Below are positions 1 through 8,954 of a stretch of DNA of 64,000 nt, one piece after another. The notes beneath the pieces were generated by a model. That model was not told where the DNA came from, did not search any database, and was given only the letters and a program-made list of their open reading frames with translations. This DNA comes from Lachnospiraceae bacterium (lineage in GTDB: Bacteria > Bacillota > Clostridia > Lachnospirales > Lachnospiraceae), in NCBI GenBank assembly GCA_017463225.1, contig JAFTPO010000012.1, positions 607 to 64,606 on the forward strand, written 5' to 3'. Each line of letters opens with the position of its first letter. Within the stretch, counting starts at the first letter, position 1. Both the position numbers and the translations under genes were made by a program.

Positions 1-326
1 GGGATATTATTAAATTTCCAATAGATATATATGAAGATAGGGATGATTGCCTAATATTTGCTTTTACTAGAGATGGATACTATATTTATCTTAATAGTGA
101 GGAGAATATCCTATACAAGTCTACGCTTAATATTGATGATATACCTACTTCATGTTATGAGATACTGGTTCTTAATAAAGATCTGGTAATTGAGAAATCC
201 TCTGCTCAGATAAAGACTTATTTTGAAAATGAAATAAAAAAGCTTAATGAAAGTATTGAAAGCGAAAACGCATATTACGATATGCTTACTAATAGCTTGT
301 TTCCAGAGGAGAGTAATCAGCAATGA
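1..326 (+). CDS. 3' part of an ORF entering from upstream (hypothetical; weakly SMI1/KNR4 (SUKH)-like)
   Basis: Frame 3 is open from nt 3 to TGA 324-326 (..IKFPIDIYEDRDDCLIFAFTRDGYYIYLNSEENILYKS..ESNQQ*). It is absent from the ORF track because it has no in-window start. Its stop overlaps the next ATG (ATGA). The family guess rests on residue pattern only. Confidence 0.4.
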   Translation, partial: DIIKFPIDIYEDRDDCLIFAFTRDGYYIYLNSEENILYKSTLNIDDIPTSCYEILVLNKDLVIEKSSAQIKTYFENEIKKLNESIESENAYYDMLTNSLFPEESNQQ

Positions 327-592
327 GTAAAAAAGTAATTTCAATCATTGTATGTGTTGTCAGTATTATCGCCATGATTATATATACTGTATTACAATTA
401 GTTGGGGAGTGGCGAGGTAATATATCTATATATGTTATTGGCATAATTGCACTTATTTTTTCTCTGTCAGAAATAATAAATCAAAAGAAAACTTCAAACA
501 TAATGCATTTGATTGGGTTCATTTTGATAGTCTTGATTTTTATATTTGTTATTGGTGGGTGTATATTTTTATATTTATTTAATCAAAGTTAA
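323..592 (+). CDS. small integral membrane protein (3 predicted TM segments), hypothetical
   Basis: 89-aa ORF, almost entirely hydrophobic helices. Its start is coupled to the upstream stop by an ATGA overlap. Confidence 0.55.
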   Translation: MSKKVISIIVCVVSIIAMIIYTVLQLVGEWRGNISIYVIGIIALIFSLSEIINQKKTSNIMHLIGFILIVLIFIFVIGGCIFLYLFNQS

Positions 593-687
593 TTATGAGT
601 GAAAAAAGGGAAGCTGGCGGAGGCTTCTCTTTTTTTGTTGATAAATTATATCTTTAAATTTTTAGTTTGATCTGTGAATGCTAAAAA

Positions 688-786
688 TGACAAAAAAACT
701 TGTCAAAAAGTATTGACAACTATTCTTGTCATGTGTATACTGTGAATTGACAAGTAAAGTTGTCAAGATGAAAATGAAACTTGTCA
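688..786. promoter_or_regulatory. array of four 18-bp palindromic operator-like sites, TGACAA-N6-TTGTCA
   Basis: Perfect sites at 688-705, 714-731 and 748-765. A degenerate site (TGAAAA-N6-TTGTCA) lies at 769-786. All sit in the AT-rich spacer upstream of the 862.. gene string. Confidence 0.55.
713..741 (+). promoter_or_regulatory. sigma-A-type promoter overlapped by operator site 2
   Basis: TTGACA 713-718, 17-nt spacer, TATACT 736-741. The -35 box is part of palindrome 714-731. Confidence 0.45.
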
Positions 787-861
787 TAATGTTATTTGAA
801 TAATTAAAACTACAAAGATTAGTAAACAATTTAAATATTTAATAAATGGAGAAATTGAATT

Positions 862-1086
862 ATGGGAGTTTGGGCAGACTTAGGAATTAGTAGTGGAACA
901 GGAATATTGGTGCTTGTTGCAATTTATTTTGTGATTAAGTGGGCTGTAAAGAATGGAATCAAGGAAGCTTATTCAGATATCACAAGGAAGAAGACAGCAG
1001 ATGAAATTGAAGAAGATAATATGCTTAAATCTTTTGGATACGGCAGAGATAATGAGAATGATGAAGAACTATTGGAGGGGATATAG
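862..1086 (+). CDS. small single-pass membrane protein with acidic C-terminal tail, hypothetical
   Basis: 74-aa ORF with GGAG-like RBS (aaatggagaaattgaattATG). One TM segment (GILVLVAIYFVIKWAV). Confidence 0.55.
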   Translation: MGVWADLGISSGTGILVLVAIYFVIKWAVKNGIKEAYSDITRKKTADEIEEDNMLKSFGYGRDNENDEELLEGI

Positions 1087-1289
1087 TGAAAGAAATATCA
1101 AGAAGAATAATACTAGGATTGATGCTACTAGTGGCATTATCTATATGTGGAACCATTGTATTAAAAATTTTTGATGTTATATTGCATATAGGATTTGATA
1201 ATATTATATACGAAGGTTTCAAGGTTGGTTTATTTGCAACGGTAGTATTATTGATAGGAGCTTTTAGAAAGAATAAAGCAAAATCATAG
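1086..1289 (+). CDS. small two-TM membrane protein, hypothetical
   Basis: 67-aa ORF. Its GTG start overlaps the previous stop by 1 nt (TAGTG). Two hydrophobic helices. Confidence 0.5.
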   Translation: MKEISRRIILGLMLLVALSICGTIVLKIFDVILHIGFDNIIYEGFKVGLFATVVLLIGAFRKNKAKS

Positions 1290-1308
1290 ATATGCTAAGG
1301 AGAAATGT

Positions 1309-1920
1309 ATGCCACATATAAAATGGTTAGGAATAATTAAAGATGATTTAGGACAGTATCAAATGGGCGATTTACCGGATGGGGCAAAGAAGGTAAATGT
1401 TCCAGAGGATATGGATGAGCTAATGATTAAAGCAATTCCCTTTCAGATTATAGCTACAGTGATAATTGTTGTATCGGTTTTTGTTAAGGTATCACTTGCC
1501 AAGGAGCTTCCATTTGCGCCTGTATGGGTATTTATAGGATTCGTGTTAGGGTTTCTGGCACTTATCATACATGAATTATTACATGCTATAGTGTTTCCAA
1601 AGAAAGCTACGGTGTATGTGGGGATATACCCGAAAAGCTTTGGTGCGGTAGCTCTTTCATCATATCCACTTAAAAGATGGAGATTTGTACTGATGTCTCT
1701 TTTGCCCATGGTGCTTGGGGTGGTACCTATATTATTATTCTGGATCTTACCACCAGAATATAAAGTGGCAAATGGAGTAATGCTGGGTATGGCTATGATG
1801 GGACTCACAAGTCCAGCGGTAGACATATATAACGTGTGCAAGGTGTTAGGGGAAACGCCAAGGGGATGCACATTACAGTTTTATGGTGATAGCTTATATT
1901 ATTATGAAACAGAGTATTAA
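1309..1920 (+). CDS. membrane-embedded HExxH metallopeptidase-like protein (DUF3267-type putative zincin)
   Basis: 203 aa with HELLH inside a TM segment (LIIHELLHAIVF). About four hydrophobic helices. RBS aaggagaaatgtATG. Confidence 0.7.
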   Translation: MPHIKWLGIIKDDLGQYQMGDLPDGAKKVNVPEDMDELMIKAIPFQIIATVIIVVSVFVKVSLAKELPFAPVWVFIGFVLGFLALIIHELLHAIVFPKKATVYVGIYPKSFGAVALSSYPLKRWRFVLMSLLPMVLGVVPILLFWILPPEYKVANGVMLGMAMMGLTSPAVDIYNVCKVLGETPRGCTLQFYGDSLYYYETEY

Positions 1921-1971
1921 ATATAAACGTACTAACAAAAGATTATCTATAGAAATAAACAGTAAATACAT

Positions 1972-3174
1972 ATGGATGTAAACAATAATAAAGAGAATGG
2001 TAGGGAAGAGAAATATATGGACACAGATAATAAACTAAAAAAGAAATCCAAAAAGAGTTCATTAGACAAAATATTGCCAACAGTATTATATATGGGATTT
2101 TGTGGCTTGGCAGGAGCCTTTGGGGGAATGGCTATGGTTAAGGTACTTCCTAAGGATGCACCTAATTGGCAGGAGATTTTAGGAATCTTGCTTGTAATGA
2201 TAGCATTTGTAGTAATACTTGTAATACAGATATTTATTCATGAAGTGGGGCATATGGTGTGTGGATTAATGTCTGGGTATGAGTTTATTAGTATTCGTTT
2301 CTTTGGCTTTATGATTATGAAGGAGAATGGAAAGCTGGTCAAAAAGAAATACAGTATTGCAGGAACCGGTGGTCAGTGTATTATGATACCTCCTATAACA
2401 GATGGTACAAGTCCAACTCAGCTATTTAATTGGGGAGGATGTATAGCAAATGTTATAGCTTCAGTTATAGCAATCCCATTTGCAATACTCTTTTGGGATA
2501 AGGCTTTGTTAAGTATGTTTTTGCTTATGTTTAGTACCATAGGGTTTTACGCTGCAATTATTAATGGTATTCCTTTAAAATCATTAGGTAATGATGGTTA
2601 CAATGCAGTGACTCTTAAGAATAGACCTGATGCTAGAATTGCATTTGAGAGAAGTCAGATGATTCTTAAGGAAATGGTGATGGGGACTCGTCTTAAGGAT
2701 ATGCCGGCAGAGTATTTTGATTATGAGATAGGAAAGTATAACTTAGATGATAATATTATTACCTCCATGGCGGGAATGACTATTAATTATCATATAGATT
2801 GCGGAAACTATGAAAAGGTATATGAGCTTACTAAATACTTGCATGATAATGTTGAGCTTTCTGATATACAAAAATTTATAGTTATAGCAGAGCTTGTGAC
2901 TAGTATTCTTATTACAGGTAGAGAAAAAACAGATGTAGATAAGCTTTTTACAAAGGAGAATAAGAAGCTTATGAAGATTCACCAGGCTCAGCCTTCAACT
3001 CACAGAGTTTGGTATGTATATGAGCTGCTTTACAATGGAGATAAGGAAAAGGCTGATAAGCATAGAAAGGATTTTGATAAGCTGGCTGAGAATTATCCTT
3101 ATAAGACAGACTTGGAAAATGATATAGAGCTTATGGAATGTGCACTTAAAATGTATGAGGTTTCTGTTGCGTAA
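1972..3174 (+). CDS. site-2-protease/M50-like membrane metallopeptidase with helical C-terminal domain
   Basis: 400 aa. HEVGH lies in a TM helix (FIHEVGHMVCG). A downstream NGIPLKSLGNDG resembles the S2P NxxPxxxxDG motif. N-terminus is Lys-rich; the C-terminal ~180 aa is soluble and helical. Confidence 0.7.
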   Translation: MDVNNNKENGREEKYMDTDNKLKKKSKKSSLDKILPTVLYMGFCGLAGAFGGMAMVKVLPKDAPNWQEILGILLVMIAFVVILVIQIFIHEVGHMVCGLMSGYEFISIRFFGFMIMKENGKLVKKKYSIAGTGGQCIMIPPITDGTSPTQLFNWGGCIANVIASVIAIPFAILFWDKALLSMFLLMFSTIGFYAAIINGIPLKSLGNDGYNAVTLKNRPDARIAFERSQMILKEMVMGTRLKDMPAEYFDYEIGKYNLDDNIITSMAGMTINYHIDCGNYEKVYELTKYLHDNVELSDIQKFIVIAELVTSILITGREKTDVDKLFTKENKKLMKIHQAQPSTHRVWYVYELLYNGDKEKADKHRKDFDKLAENYPYKTDLENDIELMECALKMYEVSVA

Positions 3175-3207
3175 GAATAAAAAAACATATAGAATAGGAG
3201 AGAAATA

Positions 3208-3387
3208 ATGAAAGAGTATAAAGTAGTTTTTTTGAACAAAGGACTTAAGTTTTCAAGAGAAAAGGATATTGCAGAGACAGAAGAAACAATTAATGAATAT
3301 GCATCACAGGGTTGGACATTGCAGCAGGTTGTATCCCCCAATGACCTTGGCGGAGCATTAATAGGAATTTTTTATAAAGAAAACTAA
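3208..3387 (+). CDS. DUF4177-like small protein (59 aa, below the ORF-track cutoff)
   Basis: ATG 3208 follows GGAGAG at 3196-3201. Translation: MKEYKVVFLNKGLKFSREKDIAETEETINEYASQGWTLQQVVSPNDLGGALIGIFYKEN*. The EYaseGW pattern is typical of DUF4177. Confidence 0.55.
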   Translation: MKEYKVVFLNKGLKFSREKDIAETEETINEYASQGWTLQQVVSPNDLGGALIGIFYKEN

Positions 3388-3543
3388 GAAACTATTAGAT
3401 TAGTTAACGCAACAGTAATTAAAATAGAAACCAATCAGAGTTGATGTGAACGAAAAGGCAGTTTGTGAGATGACCTAATGTTTGCATCAATTTTGGTGTT
3501 TGTTTTATAAATATCAACATAACGATTGAAGGGAGACGATAGT

Positions 3544-3747
3544 TTGCCACTAAAAAATCATTTAAAGGAATATAGAGCTAGGCTAGGTGTTAATCAGCAG
3601 GAGATGGGAGCTTTAGTTGATACATCTAGACAGACAATAAGTCAGATAGAGAGAGGAGATTATTCCCCATCGGTAACCTTGGCTCTTAAGATAGCTAAGG
3701 TGTGTGACGCAAGAGTAGAGGATATATTTCAGTACGAGGAGGAGTAG
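3544..3747 (+). CDS. XRE-family helix-turn-helix transcriptional regulator
   Basis: Cro/C1 HTH signature (LGVNQQEMGALVDTSRQTISQIERGDYSPS). The likely start is TTG 3544, 7 nt after GGGAGA; the ORF track begins at 3526. Confidence 0.8.
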   Translation: MPLKNHLKEYRARLGVNQQEMGALVDTSRQTISQIERGDYSPSVTLALKIAKVCDARVEDIFQYEEE

Positions 3748-3752
3748 GATAA

Positions 3753-4592
3753 ATGAGTGAGAATATGCAAGATAAGGTAAATGAAGCAAAAGAGAAGAAG
3801 TTGGCTAAGCGTAAGAAAGAGGATAAGAAGAAGTTGATAATTCTTCTTGTAGTAACAGCTTTATGTTCAGTGTTAGGCTATTTTGCGGGGGCGATAATTG
3901 GTAAGCTTCAAAAGGCGGGTTACGGTTTGCCTGAATTTACGGAAGAAGTTATAGGAAAAATGTCCTTGATTATGCCTGTAGTATTTCTTTTATTAAATGT
4001 TATTCTTGCCATAGTTGGATATGCTTGTATCAGAAAAAGTAAGAAGGAATTTGAGCTTTGGGATGGTGAAGACGAGGATGTAGCAGAGAAGATGGAGAGT
4101 AGAGTTGCTTTCCCACTTTATATGTCCAGCTTGGTATTAATTATTAATATGTTTCTATTTTCCGTATGTGCAAATTTAGATATTAATTCAGAGCTTTCAG
4201 ATAAGTGGGAGGATATATTAGGTATTGTACTCTTCAGCGTTTTCATATTATCCTATGTTGTTGTGGTTGTTGTACAGAAAAAAGCAATTGACTTTACTAA
4301 GGATATGAATCCTGAGAAGGAAGGCAGCATATTCGATGCAAAGTTTGTGAAAAAGTGGGAAAATAGCTGCGATGAGGCTCAGAAGCTACATATATACAAG
4401 GCTGGATATTCTAGCTATAAGGTTACAAGCAATGTTTGTATGATACTTTGGATAGTATGTCTAATAGCAGATTTATTTGGAAATGTGGGATTACTTCCTA
4501 TGACTATGGTGTTTGTAATTTGGTTTGCTTCAACTATTGGGTACATAGTTGGTGGTGTTAAGGCAGAGAAAGAAAAGAATACTATAGAATAA
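3753..4592 (+). CDS. multi-pass membrane protein (DUF3169-like) paired with the XRE regulator
   Basis: 279 aa with about six TM helices, immediately downstream of the small XRE gene. This pairing is common in Firmicutes. Confidence 0.6.
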   Translation: MSENMQDKVNEAKEKKLAKRKKEDKKKLIILLVVTALCSVLGYFAGAIIGKLQKAGYGLPEFTEEVIGKMSLIMPVVFLLLNVILAIVGYACIRKSKKEFELWDGEDEDVAEKMESRVAFPLYMSSLVLIINMFLFSVCANLDINSELSDKWEDILGIVLFSVFILSYVVVVVVQKKAIDFTKDMNPEKEGSIFDAKFVKKWENSCDEAQKLHIYKAGYSSYKVTSNVCMILWIVCLIADLFGNVGLLPMTMVFVIWFASTIGYIVGGVKAEKEKNTIE

Positions 4593-4593
4593 A

Positions 4594-4637
4594 AAAGAAC
4601 AGGAGTCAAAAAGTATATAGGCTCCTGTTCTTTTTTA
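4594..4637. terminator. bidirectional intrinsic terminator
   Basis: AGAACAGGAG 4596-4605 pairs with CTCCTGTTCT 4622-4631. It is flanked by an A-run and a T-run, between convergent genes. Confidence 0.65.
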
Positions 4638-4967
4638 TGACTCACTTAATCCTTTTATATATGCTAGCGCTATCTCCTGCTTATGCTTAGGTAGTGACAT
4701 GTATAATGTCAGAAGCTCCTGCTGCGATGCGGGAGGTGCCTGATCTATATCGAAGAATTGAGAAAGTGTAATATCCATAGTTTCGCAGATTTTCTCCAGA
4801 GTGTATATGCTTGGGGTGGTTCCGCGGTTTAACATATTAGTAAGTGTGGTTTGTGGGATACCACTATCTTTGCTTATTCGATAAAAACTGAGGTCTTTAT
4901 CTTTGCATAATTGTTTTATTCTATTTATTACATCAAACTGTTCATTATACATATGGATGCGCCTCAT
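4635..4967 (-). CDS. XRE-family helix-turn-helix transcriptional regulator
   Basis: 110 aa with an N-terminal HTH (DLSFYRISKDSGIPQTTLTNMLNRGTTPSIYTLEKIC). Divergent from the ABC exporter genes. Confidence 0.8.
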   Translation of the reverse strand: MRRIHMYNEQFDVINRIKQLCKDKDLSFYRISKDSGIPQTTLTNMLNRGTTPSIYTLEKICETMDITLSQFFDIDQAPPASQQELLTLYMSLPKHKQEIALAYIKGLSES

Positions 4968-5208
4968 CTGAGTTATTATAGGATTATTATATCTTTAGAG
5001 TGAATTAATTATTAGTTCGCAGAATGAGGAGTAAATACAAGTATAATGAGTTGTAACGTGATGGAATATATTACATTTCATGAAATTATTATGAAGTGTT
5101 GGATTTTTCTTGCTTTTTGTTGTTATTGTGTTACACTCACAGATGGAAAGTGGACAATTATTTTTAATTCATTCATAGAAAAGTGTTTAGAGATTTAAGG
5201 AGGATAAG

Positions 5209-5916
5209 ATGGGCGAAGGCTATGTTAATTTTAGAGATGTGTGCAAAACTTATCAGAGTGGAGACGTTAAGGTAGAGGCTCTTAAGAATGCCAGCTTTTG
5301 GATAGGTAAAGGTGAAATCTGTGTTATCGTGGGACAATCAGGTGCCGGAAAGACCACCTTGCTTAATATATTAGGTGGAATGGATAATCTCACATCGGGA
5401 GACGTGTTCCTTGATGGTGCTAATATCTCCAAATTTAACAAGAGGCAGCTGGCAACCTATAGACGTCAGGATATAGGCTTTGTGTTTCAGTTTTATAACC
5501 TGATTCCTAATCTTACTGCCATAGAAAACATAGAGATAGCTTCTATGTTATCTAAGAATCCCCTAGATCCTGAAGAGGTGTTAGAACAGGTAGGTCTTAA
5601 GGATAGAAGAAATAATTTCCCTGCGCAGCTTTCAGGTGGAGAGCAACAACGAGTGTCTATAGCAAGAGCTTTAGCAAAAAATCCTAAGCTCTTGCTCTGT
5701 GACGAGCCTACAGGTGCTTTGGATTATGAAACCGGAAAGGCAGTGTTAAAGCTGCTTCAGGATTGTAGTAGAAAAAATGGAATGACTGTTGTGATTATTA
5801 CACACAATCAGGCGCTGACAGCTATGGCAGACAGAGTAATAAAGGTGAAAAATGGAACTATAGCATCTGTAAAGATGAATGATAATGTAATTCCTGTGGA
5901 AGAGATTGAGTGGTAA
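5209..5916 (+). CDS. ABC transporter ATP-binding protein (MacB/LolD/FtsE-like)
   Basis: Walker [10 protein letters not shown], signature LSGGEQQR, Walker [10 protein letters not shown]-loop ITHN. Confidence 0.92.
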   Translation: MGEGYVNFRDVCKTYQSGDVKVEALKNASFWIGKGEICVIVGQSGAGKTTLLNILGGMDNLTSGDVFLDGANISKFNKRQLATYRRQDIGFVFQFYNLIPNLTAIENIEIASMLSKNPLDPEEVLEQVGLKDRRNNFPAQLSGGEQQRVSIARALAKNPKLLLCDEPTGALDYETGKAVLKLLQDCSRKNGMTVVIITHNQALTAMADRVIKVKNGTIASVKMNDNVIPVEEIEW

Positions 5917-8588
5917 AAAATACTATGAATAAAACATTTAATAAGAATATATTTAGAACAATTAAGGGAAGCTTGGGAAGATATGTGGCTATAATGGCCA
6001 TAATCGCATTAGGAGTAGGCTTTTTCTCAGGCATAAAGGTGACAAAGCCTTCTATGGTGGCAAGCTTAAATGACTATTATAGTGATACCAATCTCTTTGA
6101 TTACAGACTGATTTCCACTTACGGATTTGCAGATGATGAAGTTGGCAAGCTGTCAGAGGAGGAGTATGTTCTTAGGGCTGAGGGCGCGTATTCTACAGAT
6201 TTTTTGTATATTCAGGAGGATGGTGTTGAGACTGCTCTAAAGGCATTGTCAGTGCCTTTAGAAATAAACACTCTAGTGGTAAAAGAGGGTAGACTTCCGC
6301 AGAAAGGCAATGAGTGTGTTTTAGATGCCTCAGAGATAGATACAGAAAGCTTTGGAAGTGAGCTGATTGGAAGCACAATAGCCATAGCAAGCTCTAACAC
6401 AGAGGATGTTAGAGAGTCCTTCAAATATGAGGAATATACTGTTGTGGGACTGGTGTATTCTCCCTTATATGTTAATTTCCAAAGAGGAACAACCAGCTTA
6501 GGCAATGGCAAGCTTAATGGATTTATGTATATTTTGCCTGAGGGCTTTGATATGGAATACTATACAGAGATGTATGTGGATTGCCAGGATGAGTATGACA
6601 TATACCAGGAGGAATACCAGGATTATATAGACCAGCTTACTCCAGTAGTAGAGGAGCAACTGCTAAAAAATGCAACTGAGAGAGTGGAAGAGCTTAGGGA
6701 TGATATAGATGAAGAATATGAGAAGGCTGTAGAAGAGATAAAAGAAGAGGTTACTGCTCAGGTTGATAAGGAATTTTATGACAGTCTTTATGGACAGGGA
6801 CTTACGGATCCTATGATTGAGGCAATGCTTACTGCCGGCACCATTTCATATCCTCAGAATGTGATAGATGAGACCTGTGATGAGCTTATAAGAGAGTTGG
6901 AAGAGGAGCTGCCTGTATTGGAGGACCCGGAGGTATTTGTACTAGACAGAACCTCTAATACGGGATATGTGTGCTATAACAATGACACTGATATAGTGGA
7001 CGGATTAGCTAAAGTGTTTCCTTTGTTTTTCTTCTTTATAGCTGCCCTTGTATGCTCCACAACTATGACCAGAATGATAGATGATGAAAGAGGTCAGATA
7101 GGTACACTAAGAGCCTTAGGCTATAGTACAAGTGCCATAATCGGAAAATATATGATTTATTCCGGAAGCGCTGCCATTATAGGCTGTGTTGCAGGATTTT
7201 TAGGTGGTTGTTGGGCTTTTCCTTATGTGATAGGCGAGGCCTATAAGATGATGTACGAATATGGCAGAAGTGTGGAGTTCTACTTTGATATGCCGTTGCT
7301 TATAATTGCATTGGCGGTTTCTTTGATTTGTTCTATGGGAACCACATACCTTGCCTGTAAGAACGAGCTTCGCTGTATGCCTGCAGAGCTTATTAGACCT
7401 AAGGCTCCACAGGCAGGCAAGAGAGTATTTTTAGAGAGAATTACACCAGTTTGGAAGCGTATGAAATTCCTTCACAAGATTACTACCAGAAATGTATTCA
7501 GATTTAAGAAACGTATGATAATGATGGTTGCGGGAATTGCAGGTTGTATGGCTCTTGTTATGGCTGGCTTTGGTATTAAAGATTCCGTGTCCAATATTGC
7601 GGAATTCCAATATGACGAGATAGAGCTTTATGATATGGAAATAACATATTCGGAGGGCGTAAGAGACATAGAGCTTGAAGAAGTTAAGCAGGCCTTAGGT
7701 GACCAAGGGAAAAATATTAGTCCTCTTATGAAGACAACCACAGAGTTTCACTCCGGAGATATGGTTAAGACAGTCTATATTTGTGCTGCAAATGGGGCGG
7801 ATATGAAGTCTGTTATGAGCTACAAGCTGGAAGGAGAGAATGTGATATATCCTGGATATGGAGAGGTTATGCTAAGCGATGGATTGGCAAAGGATGCAGG
7901 AGTGAAGGTGGGGGATAGTATTACCTTTACGGGTACTGACGGTAGACAGCATACCTTAAAGGTGTCTTCCGTATACACCAATTATGTATGGCATTATGGC
8001 TTTGTAAATCCTGAGACTTATGAGGACTTCTTTGGAGAAGCTTACGAGATAAATACACTCTATATAAATGTGGCTGAGGATGGAGACTCATATCAGTTAG
8101 GTGCAGATATATCTCAGCTTGATGGTGTTTTGAGTGTTACAGTGGTGGAGGAGGTTAAGAATATGATTTCCAACACTATGAAGATGCTTGATATGGTTGT
8201 ATGGCTGGTAATAGGCTGCGCCGGAGCACTGGCGTTTATAGTGTTATTTAATCTCAGTAATATAAATATAACAGAGAGAGTTCGCGAGATAGCAACCATA
8301 AAGGTTTTGGGCTTTTATCAAAATGAAACCAGTGCCTATGTATTTAGAGAGAATTTGGTCCTAACAATTATGGGTATTATAGTGGGACTACCTCTAGGAA
8401 AGCTTTTGGTTAGCTTTGTTATATCTCAGATTAAGGTAGATATGTTTGTTATGAAGGAGATGCTATTCCCTATTAGCTACGTTTTATCCGTTGCTTTGGT
8501 GCTGCTTTTCCTAAAGATTGTGGACTGGGCCATGAGAGGAAAGCTGGAGAAAATTCATATGGCAGAATCTTTAAAATCTATTGAGTAG
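5910..8588 (+). CDS. ABC transporter permease with two FtsX/MacB-type domains and large extracytoplasmic regions
   Basis: 892 aa. TM clusters lie around aa 370-500 and 760-890, separated by soluble domains. It overlaps the ATPase gene. ATG 5925 is an alternative start. Confidence 0.88.
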   Translation: MVKNTMNKTFNKNIFRTIKGSLGRYVAIMAIIALGVGFFSGIKVTKPSMVASLNDYYSDTNLFDYRLISTYGFADDEVGKLSEEEYVLRAEGAYSTDFLYIQEDGVETALKALSVPLEINTLVVKEGRLPQKGNECVLDASEIDTESFGSELIGSTIAIASSNTEDVRESFKYEEYTVVGLVYSPLYVNFQRGTTSLGNGKLNGFMYILPEGFDMEYYTEMYVDCQDEYDIYQEEYQDYIDQLTPVVEEQLLKNATERVEELRDDIDEEYEKAVEEIKEEVTAQVDKEFYDSLYGQGLTDPMIEAMLTAGTISYPQNVIDETCDELIRELEEELPVLEDPEVFVLDRTSNTGYVCYNNDTDIVDGLAKVFPLFFFFIAALVCSTTMTRMIDDERGQIGTLRALGYSTSAIIGKYMIYSGSAAIIGCVAGFLGGCWAFPYVIGEAYKMMYEYGRSVEFYFDMPLLIIALAVSLICSMGTTYLACKNELRCMPAELIRPKAPQAGKRVFLERITPVWKRMKFLHKITTRNVFRFKKRMIMMVAGIAGCMALVMAGFGIKDSVSNIAEFQYDEIELYDMEITYSEGVRDIELEEVKQALGDQGKNISPLMKTTTEFHSGDMVKTVYICAANGADMKSVMSYKLEGENVIYPGYGEVMLSDGLAKDAGVKVGDSITFTGTDGRQHTLKVSSVYTNYVWHYGFVNPETYEDFFGEAYEINTLYINVAEDGDSYQLGADISQLDGVLSVTVVEEVKNMISNTMKMLDMVVWLVIGCAGALAFIVLFNLSNINITERVREIATIKVLGFYQNETSAYVFRENLVLTIMGIIVGLPLGKLLVSFVISQIKVDMFVMKEMLFPISYVLSVALVLLFLKIVDWAMRGKLEKIHMAESLKSIE

Positions 8589-8655
8589 TTGACAAAATAG
8601 TGCTAAAATACAATGATAATGGGATTTATGCTAGAGAGACTTGGAGGATAAGAAT

Positions 8656-8913
8656 ATGTTTGCTTACAAAATTGATGTTTTGGCAGAGCTAAAAAAGAAG
8701 GGCTTTAACACAACTATGATGCGCAGGGAGAAGCTGTTAGGTGAAAATGCGATTCAGGCCATCAGAGAGGATAAGGTTGTAGGCATCATTGCATTGCATA
8801 AGATATGTGAGATGCTGAAGATGCAGCCGGGAGACATCATTTATTATTATGACGAGAATGACAAGAACGCTAAAAAAGTAGTGGAGATTCAAAAGACTAA
8901 GAAAAAGAAATAA
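8656..8913 (+). CDS. small helix-turn-helix (Cro/C1-like, HTH_26-type) protein
   Basis: MFAYKIDVLAELKKKGF..LHKICEMLKMQPGDIIYYY pattern. ATG 8656 follows GGAGGA; the ORF track starts at 8641. Confidence 0.55.
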   Translation: MFAYKIDVLAELKKKGFNTTMMRREKLLGENAIQAIREDKVVGIIALHKICEMLKMQPGDIIYYYDENDKNAKKVVEIQKTKKKK

Positions 8914-8954
8914 TCTAAGAAAACAGCTTAGGGATTGACGGAGGAATTATAATT

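Noticed and set aside
8589-8640. TTGACAA half-site after the ABC permease gene, as a possible fifth operator of the 688-786 family.
   Set aside because: Only a single half-site is present and no partner TTGTCA lies at N6 spacing. It is probably just a -35-like hexamer.
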